A stretch of DNA of 64,000 nt, taken from NCBI GenBank assembly GCA_947646095.1, contig CANSFI010000004.1, forward strand, positions 2,788 to 66,787, in the 5' to 3' direction. A program made the position numbers and the translations under genes. The stretch comes from an uncultured Mycoplasmatota bacterium. Its GTDB lineage: Bacteria; Bacillota_I; Bacilli_A; RF39; UBA660. Positions 9,191 through 18,393 of this stretch are shown in pieces (position 1 is the first letter of the stretch; each line of letters begins with the position of its first letter). Below the pieces are notes generated by a model, which was given only the letters and a program-made list of their open reading frames with translations, did not search any database and was not told where the DNA came from.

Positions 9191-10747
9191 TGTGTTTTTA
9201 GATACTTTTATAACAGGGCGGACACCACCACTGCTGTTGTGAGTGACGTTGTTGTAATAGACATGCTTACCCTGGCAGTACACACCGAAGCCACTGTCAG
9301 GAAGATCGGAGCGCGCAGTAGATACCCAATACATATATGGTTGTTCAACTGTATTTCCTCCACTTAAATTTTCGTATAACCAGCTTGGACAAGTGTTTTT
9401 ATTTTGATTATGTTCACATCCTAAATTTGTTACTTCTGTTAATGTCAACATTCTTGTTCTTACATTGGTTCTTTTTATTTGTTGGTACATTACTTTTGAA
9501 TCACTTATTCCTAGTTGTTGTTCTAACTTTGATGGCTTGTCATCTTCTAATGTATAATCATATGCAGGTATATTAGTCCAATTTTTAGTTAAATCTTCTA
9601 ATTGATTTAATGCTGTGAGTGGACCTTTATTATTGTTTCCATATTCTCCATAATCACTTTCTGTTCCTCCTGCCTTAATATAATCTTCTTTAGAGATCCA
9701 AGCTACTTTTGGTCCTATATTTTTATTCATAATTAATTCTATATATTCACCTGTATCATTTATGACATAAAAATCATATGATTCTTTACTATTTACATGA
9801 ACTTTTACTTTAGTTCCATTTGGACACTTTTGTTTACCATTTATACAAAAATCATATGCTTCCATTATTTTATATTTATATGGTCCTACTACTACTATTC
9901 TATTTTTACTTGTCTCATTTCCACTTTTATCTATAGCTGTATAAGTTACATTATATGTTCCTGGTATTTTTAGACTTACATTACTTTTTACTTTTATTTC
10001 TACTTCTTCTTTACTATTATCTGTAGCTGTTACTCCTTCTAGTGGATTAAATGTCTCTTCGGTTTCTTTTAATATTATATTTCCTGGTATTTTTAATTCT
10101 GGTTTTTTAGTATCTACTATTTTTACTGTTCTTGATACTTTACTTGTTTTTCCATTACTTGTTACTGTATATGTTATTATGTATTGATTATTTAGGATAG
10201 TTGTATCTATATAATTACCACTTCCTGTTATTTTTGTTTTAACACTAGAAGTTATATCATTATTATCTTTATCTTTTGCAACTACTCCTAAATCATAATA
10301 TGGTTCATTTACTTCTACTAATTCTATACTACTTCCATTTAATATTATTGTTGGTTTATTTATATCAATTATACATTCATCACTTTCTTTAATAGTTTTT
10401 TCATCGATAGAATAATTAGTAATTTTATCTTTTACTTCTATTTTTAATATCATACTGTTATCGAAACATTTTTTTGTTTTAGGATTTCTTATTTCATAAT
10501 CGATATATCCTTCACTTTTTAAATTACCTAAAGTAAGGGTTAATATTCCTTCTTCTGGTAATAATTCTTTATTATCGCTTGCCCAATTTTGTAATGATAG
10601 TTTTATATTATCTAGTTGTGTATTATATATTTTATTACTGTTTTCTTTTATCATTTTTTCTAATGTAGGAGTTACTATTAATCCTATTATTCCTATTATT
10701 GTTATGACTGCTAGTAATTCTACAAAGGTAAATCCTTTTTGTTTCAT
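9188..10747 (-). CDS. Large prepilin-type (type IV pilin-like) protein with Ig-like repeats and lectin-like C-terminal domain
   Basis: N-terminal cleavage/methylation motif KGFTFVELLAVITIIGIIG. The middle has Ig-like repeats (DITSSVKT..YTVTSNGKTS; YNVTYTAIDKSGNETS). The C-terminal ~220 aa are paralogous to 20775..22067. Confidence 0.8.
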   Translation of the reverse strand: MKQKGFTFVELLAVITIIGIIGLIVTPTLEKMIKENSNKIYNTQLDNIKLSLQNWASDNKELLPEEGILTLTLGNLKSEGYIDYEIRNPKTKKCFDNSMILKIEVKDKITNYSIDEKTIKESDECIIDINKPTIILNGSSIELVEVNEPYYDLGVVAKDKDNNDITSSVKTKITGSGNYIDTTILNNQYIITYTVTSNGKTSKVSRTVKIVDTKKPELKIPGNIILKETEETFNPLEGVTATDNSKEEVEIKVKSNVSLKIPGTYNVTYTAIDKSGNETSKNRIVVVGPYKYKIMEAYDFCINGKQKCPNGTKVKVHVNSKESYDFYVINDTGEYIELIMNKNIGPKVAWISKEDYIKAGGTESDYGEYGNNNKGPLTALNQLEDLTKNWTNIPAYDYTLEDDKPSKLEQQLGISDSKVMYQQIKRTNVRTRMLTLTEVTNLGCEHNQNKNTCPSWLYENLSGGNTVEQPYMYWVSTARSDLPDSGFGVYCQGKHVYYNNVTHNSSGGVRPVIKVSKNT

Positions 10748-10815
10748 TTTATCACCTATTATATTAATTTTATAATATTTATTTTACTTTGTCTATATTT
10801 TATTAAAATTTTATA

Positions 10816-10846
10816 ATATAAAAATTTCTAGTTAATCTAGAAATTA
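10816..10846 (-). terminator. Terminator hairpin after spo0A
   Basis: Stem atttctag (10824-10831) / ctagaaat (10837-10844) plus a U run on the minus strand. Confidence 0.6.
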
Positions 10847-10920
10847 GTTTTATCAATTTTTTGATACTTTTTTGAAACTATAACTATCATTTCTGCTTTG
10901 AAACTTAAAATTTCATAAAA

Positions 10921-11691
10921 TTAATTACTATTAACTTTATGAAATTCTAACCTTAATTTATCTGCTATGGTTACTATAAATTCAGAATTAGTTGGTTTTG
11001 CTTTATCAATATCGACACTGTGTCCAAATATCTCTTCCATCAAATCCCAGTCTCCCCGATTCCAACTTACTTCTATAGCATGTCTTATTGCTCTTTCTAC
11101 TCTAGATACTGTAGTATTATATTTACTAGCTAGTTCAGGATATAATTCTTTAGTTATTCCACCTATTGTTTCAGGTCTTTCAAATATAATTCCAATACCA
11201 TCTCTTATATATTGATATCCTTTAATATGTGATGGTATACCTAGTTCATGTAGTATTTTGGTAATTGATATCTGTAAATTATTGTGATAAAAATCTATAT
11301 TTTTACTTTCTTTTTTAGCTTTAGTTAATTCTAAGATTCTTTTTTCTAAATCAACAATATCAAATGGTTTTAATATAAAGTAATTGACACCATATTCCGA
11401 AACTTCTCTAATAACTTCACTAGCATTATAACTAGTAGATACTATAGTTTTTTTATTTATACCTCTTTTTTTCATTTCAGATAAAACATATATTCCATCT
11501 TTATTAGGCATAATTAAATCTAAAATTAAGACATCAAAATTATCTTGTTCTTTATCTATTAAATCAATTCCTTTTTGCCCATCAATTGCACTATATTTAA
11601 CTTCTATAAACTCATTATCTTTAAAATATTCTTTAACCATATCTACTAAATTTATATTATCATCAACCATAAGTAATTTTATTTTTTCCAT
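10921..11691 (-). CDS. spo0A: Sporulation master regulator Spo0A
   Basis: Receiver domain ([14 protein letters not shown]) plus the Spo0A-specific C-terminal domain including [15 protein letters not shown]. Confidence 0.95.
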   Translation of the reverse strand: MEKIKLLMVDDNINLVDMVKEYFKDNEFIEVKYSAIDGQKGIDLIDKEQDNFDVLILDLIMPNKDGIYVLSEMKKRGINKKTIVSTSYNASEVIREVSEYGVNYFILKPFDIVDLEKRILELTKAKKESKNIDFYHNNLQISITKILHELGIPSHIKGYQYIRDGIGIIFERPETIGGITKELYPELASKYNTTVSRVERAIRHAIEVSWNRGDWDLMEEIFGHSVDIDKAKPTNSEFIVTIADKLRLEFHKVNSN

Positions 11692-11799
11692 AACTTTCTC
11701 CTTCTATTCTCTTATTATTATTATAATCACTTTTGCAAATTAACGCTAGAGTGAATATACTCTAATTTTGTCGAAACCTGTCGAAAAATTAAAAAGAAG

Positions 11800-12519
11800 C
11801 TATTGACCTGCAACAACTTCTACAATTTTTAAAAACTCATCTGGATTTAATGAAGCACCACCTACTAAAAATCCATTTACTTCTTTTATTTTATTTAATT
11901 CTACTATATTTTTTTCTGTTACACTGCCACCATACAATATCTTAACACTATTGTTAGGAAATAATTTGTCGATTATTGTCCTTATATAAGAAATTGTAGA
12001 TGAAATTGATGATGTATCTGGAACAATACCTGTTCCTATAGCCCATACTGGTTCATAAGCTATAATTATATTATCAATTGAATTTATATTATTTAAACTA
12101 TTAATTATTTGTCTTTTTAAAACTTGATCAGTTTTAAGCATATTTTTTTGTTCTAAAGTTTCTCCAATACATAAGATAACCTTTAAATTATTATTTAAAG
12201 ATTCAACTATTTTTTTATTAATTAAAATATCACTTTCTTCAAAATAACATCTTCGTTCACTATGACCTACTATAACATAATTTACACCTAAACTCTTGGC
12301 TTGCATAGGTGATATTTCTCCAGTATAAGAACCTTTAGAATAGCAATAAACATTTTGGATTCCAACTTGAGTTTTATTTATAAAATATGGAATATAAATA
12401 CTAGTAGGACAAATAATAACATTTTTATTATTTATTTTACTTATTTTATCTAAATACTTATTTAAATCATCAGCATTTAAGTTCATTTTATGATTTGCGA
12501 TTATTAATTTATCTTTCAC
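11800..12519 (-). CDS. tpiA: Triose-phosphate isomerase
   Basis: Motifs NHKMN, IVGHSERR, IAYEPVWAIGTG and GGASL. Confidence 0.95.
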   Translation of the reverse strand: MKDKLIIANHKMNLNADDLNKYLDKISKINNKNVIICPTSIYIPYFINKTQVGIQNVYCYSKGSYTGEISPMQAKSLGVNYVIVGHSERRCYFEESDILINKKIVESLNNNLKVILCIGETLEQKNMLKTDQVLKRQIINSLNNINSIDNIIIAYEPVWAIGTGIVPDTSSISSTISYIRTIIDKLFPNNSVKILYGGSVTEKNIVELNKIKEVNGFLVGGASLNPDEFLKIVEVVAGQ

Positions 12520-13745
12520 TTTTTACCTACTACTTTCTTTAGTTTATCTAAAAATCTTTTTTTATTAGATGAATTATTTATTCCTATTGCTGTTTTGTAA
12601 ACATCTAATACTCTTTCAGCAAAGTATTTAGATGAATATGATTCAGCATTTATTCTTGCTTGTATTCCCATTTTTTTCACAATATTTGGATTTTCAATTA
12701 GATCTTCTACCTGTTTTTTATATTGGCGTTTATTTTTGAAGAAGTAACCATTTAATCCATCTATAACAGTATCCTTAAAACTTTCATCAAAGATGCAAAT
12801 GACTGGAATGGATGCTGACATGGCTTCTATTACTGTGAGTCCTTGTGTTTCACTTTTAGAGGCAGTAGCAAATATCGAAGCAATATAATAATATTTTGGA
12901 ATTTCATCCCAAGCTACTTTACCTGTAAATATTACGTTATCTTGAATTTTTAATTTTATAGCTTGATTTTTAAATTTTTCTATATCTGGACCATCACCAA
13001 TTATTAATAATTTAGCTTGTGGATATTTTTTACAAATACTAGCATGGGCATCGATTAAAAAATCAATATTCTTTTCACCAGCTAAACGTCCAACAAATAA
13101 AATAACAAAATCTTTTTTTTCTATATGAAGTTTATTTCTAATATCATATATATCTTTTATATTAAAGTTTTCTCTATAAAATCTTTCTACTTCAATTCCT
13201 GTTGGAATAATATGAACATTACGATCAAATTTATATTTTTTCTTAAATAAGTCATATGTTTTTTTAGTAGGTACAATAAGTTCGGTTGCTGTTTGATCAC
13301 AATAAAATTTTGTTAAATACTCTACTATTTTTCTTCCTGTACCCATAAAATAACCCTTAGTAATATAGTGAACATAATCTTCATACATAGTATGATATGT
13401 ATGAACTAAAGGAATATTGTATTGACTAGCAACTAGTCTTGCGAATGTTCCAACTCCAAATTCAGTATGAGAATGTATTACATCTAAATTCCATTTTTTT
13501 ATTTTTTTTAATGCTCTTAAAGGATAAATACCAGTTAAACGGTAATCATATATACCAGTAGGAATACCAGGGATTCTAATAATATGATCATTATTTTCAT
13601 ATTTATAAGTCATATTTTCTGAATTAACTGTTACTATGTATACTTGATGTCCTTTCTTTTTTAGTGCATTTTCAAGCATAGCAACACTAGTAGAAACACC
13701 ATTTATATATGGTGGATAAGTATCTGTAAATATTCCTATTCGCAT
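12516..13745 (-). CDS. GT4-family glycosyltransferase (glycolipid synthase-like)
   Basis: N-terminal FTDTYPPYINGVST. EX7E region SETQGLTVIEAM. Overlaps tpiA by 4 nt. Confidence 0.8.
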   Translation of the reverse strand: MRIGIFTDTYPPYINGVSTSVAMLENALKKKGHQVYIVTVNSENMTYKYENNDHIIRIPGIPTGIYDYRLTGIYPLRALKKIKKWNLDVIHSHTEFGVGTFARLVASQYNIPLVHTYHTMYEDYVHYITKGYFMGTGRKIVEYLTKFYCDQTATELIVPTKKTYDLFKKKYKFDRNVHIIPTGIEVERFYRENFNIKDIYDIRNKLHIEKKDFVILFVGRLAGEKNIDFLIDAHASICKKYPQAKLLIIGDGPDIEKFKNQAIKLKIQDNVIFTGKVAWDEIPKYYYIASIFATASKSETQGLTVIEAMSASIPVICIFDESFKDTVIDGLNGYFFKNKRQYKKQVEDLIENPNIVKKMGIQARINAESYSSKYFAERVLDVYKTAIGINNSSNKKRFLDKLKKVVGKK

Positions 13746-13747
13746 AG

Positions 13748-14761
13748 TTATTTCTCCTTCTTTTTAATATTTAAAACAATCGCTCCTAAAATCATTCCCA
13801 AATAATATGTAATAAATCTCCATAATAACATTATTGATTTTAAAGTTGTACCTTTTATATAATTTCCATAAAAGGCGATAAAACCATATTCAAGTCCTCC
13901 ACTTCCTCCTGGAATAGGAACAAATGAACCTATAAGCATAACATATGCTGAAGTAATAATAGCTTCATATGAAGTAATAACATTAAAATTACCCATACCA
14001 TATAAAAGAACTAAAGGAATTAAATAAAGGGAACATAAAGCCATTAAATTATAAAATATTCCTTTAATAAACTTTCCTTTATTCTGTAATAATATTATAG
14101 CACCATCATGAAAATTTTCAACATATTTTTCCCATTTATCAAGTGCTTCTTTTTGATTTTTAATTATTTTTATTTCTTTTAAAACTTTAATTGATATATT
14201 TCCAATCCATTTATTTAATTTAACTGTAAAGGCTAAAATAAATAATATAAATGTTACTAGTATATTAATAATGAATCCTAAAGTAACTAAATGTTTTAAT
14301 ATAGTTATATCTTTAAAAAAATGGATAAAATAATTACATATAACAGCAATCAATCCAAGTATTACTAAAGCTATTTGATAAACAATAAAATTCTGAATAA
14401 TAATATTAGTTGCATTAGTAATTTTAATATTTTCTTTTTTTAACATATATACTTGAAAAGGTTGACCTCCTGTTGCAAAAGGAGTTATACCATTAAAAAA
14501 TTGAGTTTTTAATATCAAACTAAATGTATCAAAAAAACGGTAATCTTTCTTAAATTTAGTTATAAAATCATGTAAAACTATTGTTCTTAAATAATAATAA
14601 GAAATCATTAATAAAAAAGCAATTATTAAGAATTTAATATCTATATTAACTATTTGATAAATGATGGTGTTAAAGTCATCTTTTAAAGCCAAGAATAAAA
14701 CTATAAATGTTACGATAAAAATTATTAGCACATTTAATTTATTTTTTAACTTTTCTTTCAT
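13748..14761 (-). CDS. Flippase-like / lysyl-PG-synthase TM-region family membrane protein (UPF0104)
   Basis: About 8 TM helices. Motif PIPGGSGGLEYGF. Confidence 0.65.
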   Translation of the reverse strand: MKEKLKNKLNVLIIFIVTFIVLFLALKDDFNTIIYQIVNIDIKFLIIAFLLMISYYYLRTIVLHDFITKFKKDYRFFDTFSLILKTQFFNGITPFATGGQPFQVYMLKKENIKITNATNIIIQNFIVYQIALVILGLIAVICNYFIHFFKDITILKHLVTLGFIINILVTFILFILAFTVKLNKWIGNISIKVLKEIKIIKNQKEALDKWEKYVENFHDGAIILLQNKGKFIKGIFYNLMALCSLYLIPLVLLYGMGNFNVITSYEAIITSAYVMLIGSFVPIPGGSGGLEYGFIAFYGNYIKGTTLKSIMLLWRFITYYLGMILGAIVLNIKKKEK

Positions 14762-14766
14762 ATATC

Positions 14767-15948
14767 CTACTTATCGTTAATTATTTCAATCCCTGGTAAT
14801 TTCTTGCCTTCTAAAAGTTCTAAAGATGCTCCACCACCTGTTGATATATGTGTAAAACTATTTTTATATCCAAGATTAATTGCTGCAGAAGCTGTATCTC
14901 CTCCACCTATTATAGTTTTAGCATCTAATGTAGATAATATTTGACATAATTCTTCAGTTCCTTTAGCATACATTTTATTTTCAAATACTCCTACTGGTCC
15001 ATTCCAAATAATTGTTTTGCTATTATTTAGGTATTGTTTAAATAATTTAATAGTTCCATTACCTATATCTAAACCCATTTCATTATTTTTTAAATCAGTA
15101 ATAAAACATTCACGACATTCATTACTATCTAAACTAGTACTACAAATAACATCAATTGGTAATATTATTTTATCAGGATATTTATCTAACATTTGTTTAC
15201 AAAAATTGATATTTTCTTTATCTAATAATGAGGAACCTATATTTACTCCACTTGCTTTTAAGAAAGTAAAAGCCATACCTCCTCCAATTAAAATATAATC
15301 AGCTATTGGAGCAATATTTTCTATTACGTTTATTTTATCACTTACTTTTGAGCCACCTAATATAACAGTAAATGGTTTTTCTGGCTTATTAATTGTATCT
15401 AATAAATTATTTAGTTCTTTTTCTATTAAAAAACCTATACCATTAGGTAAAATTGAAGCTATTCCTACATTAGAAGCATGTGATCTATGTGAAGTACCAA
15501 AAGCATCATTAATATATAAATCTCCTAAGGATGCCCAATAACTAGCTAGTTTTGAATCATTAGAACTTTCTAATTTACCATCTAAATCTTCAAAACGAGT
15601 ATTTTCAATTAATACTACATCACCAACATCCATGTTGTTTATAGCGTTTTCTAGTTCTTCTCCTCTAGTATTTGGTATAAACTTAATATCTTTATCTAAA
15701 AGTTCACTTAAACGATTTGCGACTGGTTTTAAAGTGTTTTTTATTTTATCTTCCTCTGTTTTTATGCGTCCTAAATGAGAAAGTAAAATTACTTTAGCTT
15801 TATTTTCAACAGCATATTTTATAGTTTTTAAACTTTCTTTAATACGATTATCATCAGTTATTATTCCATCTTTAATTGGAACATTAAAATCTACTCTAAT
15901 AATAACCTTTTTATTTTCTAAATTATAATCTTTAATTGTTTTTTTCAT
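14767..15948 (-). CDS. pgk: Phosphoglycerate kinase
   Basis: Motifs RVDFNVP, SHLGRI and GGGDTA. Length 393 aa. Confidence 0.95.
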   Translation of the reverse strand: MKKTIKDYNLENKKVIIRVDFNVPIKDGIITDDNRIKESLKTIKYAVENKAKVILLSHLGRIKTEEDKIKNTLKPVANRLSELLDKDIKFIPNTRGEELENAINNMDVGDVVLIENTRFEDLDGKLESSNDSKLASYWASLGDLYINDAFGTSHRSHASNVGIASILPNGIGFLIEKELNNLLDTINKPEKPFTVILGGSKVSDKINVIENIAPIADYILIGGGMAFTFLKASGVNIGSSLLDKENINFCKQMLDKYPDKIILPIDVICSTSLDSNECRECFITDLKNNEMGLDIGNGTIKLFKQYLNNSKTIIWNGPVGVFENKMYAKGTEELCQILSTLDAKTIIGGGDTASAAINLGYKNSFTHISTGGGASLELLEGKKLPGIEIINDK

Positions 15949-15958
15949 ATTTTATCTC

Positions 15959-16327
15959 CTACTTTTTCATTACTTTATAATTAAATATTTGATCGTTACC
16001 AACTTCTACTTTAACCTTATAATTAGTAACAGAAGTATTATCATTAGGATCTTTTAAATCTTGTTTTAAATATTCTGCATCAATTAAAATATTAGTATCT
16101 ATTTCTATACTACTTCCTATATTATTGAGTTCTGGATATTTTTCTCTATTTCTTTCTACATATAATTCAGAAGCTCTAATAATAGCTTTTTCAAAATCTT
16201 TATATTCTTGATCCTCGCTCCTTTTTATAGTATTAATAATAGATGGAACACTAATTAATATTATAGCTGCAAGTAAAGTAACTACTGCAATTAGTTCTAC
16301 TAATGTAAAACCTTTATTTTTTTTCAT
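15959..16327 (-). CDS. Small prepilin-type (pseudopilin-like) protein
   Basis: N-terminal KGFTLVELIAVVTLLAAI methylation motif. Stop codon lies 10 nt upstream of the pgk start. Confidence 0.8.
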   Translation of the reverse strand: MKKNKGFTLVELIAVVTLLAAIILISVPSIINTIKRSEDQEYKDFEKAIIRASELYVERNREKYPELNNIGSSIEIDTNILIDAEYLKQDLKDPNDNTSVTNYKVKVEVGNDQIFNYKVMKK

Positions 16328-16469
16328 ACTATCACCTATTATTTATTTTATAATTTTTTATGTTTTTTTACAAGTATTTAATTTTAATATTAACAAATTG
16401 TAAGAAAAAACTCCAAAATTTACTATTATTTTGAAGTTTAAATAATTAATTATACATTTTTAAATTTCT

Positions 16470-17264
16470 TTATTTATTACACTCTTTAATTTTATTAAAT
16501 ACTAATTCATTATCACTAGAAATAATGTATATTAAATAATCACCATATTCCTCTTTTAATCTATGTTTTACTAAATCATATTGAGCGGGTGCATATGTTT
16601 TCCATTGTATTTCTAAATTATCCATATATTCATCCATTTTATTTTTAACTTCTTCTTTTTTATCTTTTTTAGGTTTTAAAATATAATAACTGTTAGATTG
16701 TGTCATAATGGAACTTTTAACTAAAAATTCATCTAAGTCACTAGTTTTTATTCCAATTAATGACTCTAAAAATTCTCCATCTACTTTAGCAAGTGTACTA
16801 AAAATAGGTAAATTTGATTGTTTTATTTTTTGTAATGCTTCTTCTCCTTTATTAGAAAAAATATAAATTAAATAATCTTCATATTCTGTTTCTAATTTTT
16901 GTTCAAGTGAATCAAATTTGTTAAAATAATCGTTAAGATTAGTTTTTACTTCTTCTTTTTTATTTTTTTTAGGTTTAATTATTATGTATGCTGGTTTATT
17001 ATCATAAGTAACTCTAAATGTTATATTTTCTATATTATCTTTAATATTTATAGATTCTAAATCTGATGTAGAAATATCTTTTAAATTTGAAAAATAAGTA
17101 TTATCTTCTTCTATTTTACTAGAAGCTTTTAAATTATCAAATTTATCTACTGTTAAATTATCTATTGTATTTTCTATTTTTTCTAAATCTAAATTTACTT
17201 TACCACATCCAGATAATGTTAAACATACTCCTATAGCGAGTATAAAATTAATTAACTTTTTCAT
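16470..17264 (-). CDS. Lipoprotein with internal duplication (DUF4358-like)
   Basis: Lipobox LTLSGC after MKKLINFILAIGV, with an AGGAGGG RBS before this Met. Two repeats: YIIIKPKKNKKEEVK...DYLIYIFS and YYILKPKKDKKEEVK...DYLIYIIS. Confidence 0.55.
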   Translation of the reverse strand: MKKLINFILAIGVCLTLSGCGKVNLDLEKIENTIDNLTVDKFDNLKASSKIEEDNTYFSNLKDISTSDLESINIKDNIENITFRVTYDNKPAYIIIKPKKNKKEEVKTNLNDYFNKFDSLEQKLETEYEDYLIYIFSNKGEEALQKIKQSNLPIFSTLAKVDGEFLESLIGIKTSDLDEFLVKSSIMTQSNSYYILKPKKDKKEEVKNKMDEYMDNLEIQWKTYAPAQYDLVKHRLKEEYGDYLIYIISSDNELVFNKIKECNK

Positions 17265-17365
17265 AAGCCCTCCTATTGTAATTATATTATAAAATAAATT
17301 TTTACACAATAGTAAAATTATAAATTTAAAAACTGCTTTTTAGCAGTTTATCTATTTTTCTTATT

Positions 17366-18379
17366 CTATTTATTTATTAATTCACCTAAGTATTTAGCTG
17401 TTCTAACCATTTGAACACTATAACTCATTTCATTGTCATACCAGGCAATTACTTTTACTAGTTGTTTTCCATCAACTTCTAAGATACTTGTAAGAAGTCC
17501 ATCTACAAGTGATCCAAAATGTGAACCAATGATATCGCTTGAAACAATTGGATCTAAAGTAAATCCTAAAGTTTCATTAGCGTTTTTCTTAAATGCTTCA
17601 TTTATTTGTTCTACAGTAATATGTTTATCTAATTCTAAAGTTAAGTCAATAACACTTCCTGTTGGTGTTGGAACTCTTAAGGCACTTCCATCAAGCTTAC
17701 CTTTAAGTTCTGGAATAACAAGTCCAATTGCACTAGCTGCTCCTGTAGAAGATGGTACTATGTTGGCAGCTCCAGCCCTACCACGGCGAGCTTTTATTCC
17801 TTTTTTATGTGCTACATCTAAAATTGCTTGATCATTAGTATAAGCATGTACTGTAGTCATATAGCCTTTATTAATTTTAAACTCATCATTAAGTACCTTA
17901 ACTACAGGTGCTAAACAGTTTGTAGTACAACTAGCAGCACTAATAATTTGTTCACTTCCATCAAGGATATTATGATTTACATTATAAACAATTGTTTTAA
18001 CATCACCTTTAGCTGGAGCTGAAATAATTACTTTTTTAGCACCTGCTTCTATATGAGCCATAGCTTCTTCTTTCTTAACAAATTTACCAGTACATTCAAA
18101 TACTTCATCTATTTCTAATTCTTTCCAAGGTAAATTCTTAGGATCCATTAAAGCATATACTTTTATTCTTCTATTTCCTACTATTAAATCATTACCTTCA
18201 AAACTAATTTCATCATTACGATAATTTCTATGGTTAGTATCGTATTTAAGAAGATACGCTAATTGTTCTGCATCTGTTAAATCATTGATTGCTACTACTT
18301 CAAAACTTGGATCTTCTTCCATTAATCTAAATACAAGTCTTCCTATTCTTCCAAATCCATTGATTGCTACTTTTATCAT
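17366..18379 (-). CDS. gap: Glyceraldehyde-3-phosphate dehydrogenase
   Basis: NAD-binding motif INGFGRIGR. Active-site motif ASCTTNCLAP. Confidence 0.95.
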   Translation of the reverse strand: MIKVAINGFGRIGRLVFRLMEEDPSFEVVAINDLTDAEQLAYLLKYDTNHRNYRNDEISFEGNDLIVGNRRIKVYALMDPKNLPWKELEIDEVFECTGKFVKKEEAMAHIEAGAKKVIISAPAKGDVKTIVYNVNHNILDGSEQIISAASCTTNCLAPVVKVLNDEFKINKGYMTTVHAYTNDQAILDVAHKKGIKARRGRAGAANIVPSSTGAASAIGLVIPELKGKLDGSALRVPTPTGSVIDLTLELDKHITVEQINEAFKKNANETLGFTLDPIVSSDIIGSHFGSLVDGLLTSILEVDGKQLVKVIAWYDNEMSYSVQMVRTAKYLGELINK

Positions 18380-18393
18380 TTTATTCCTTCTTT

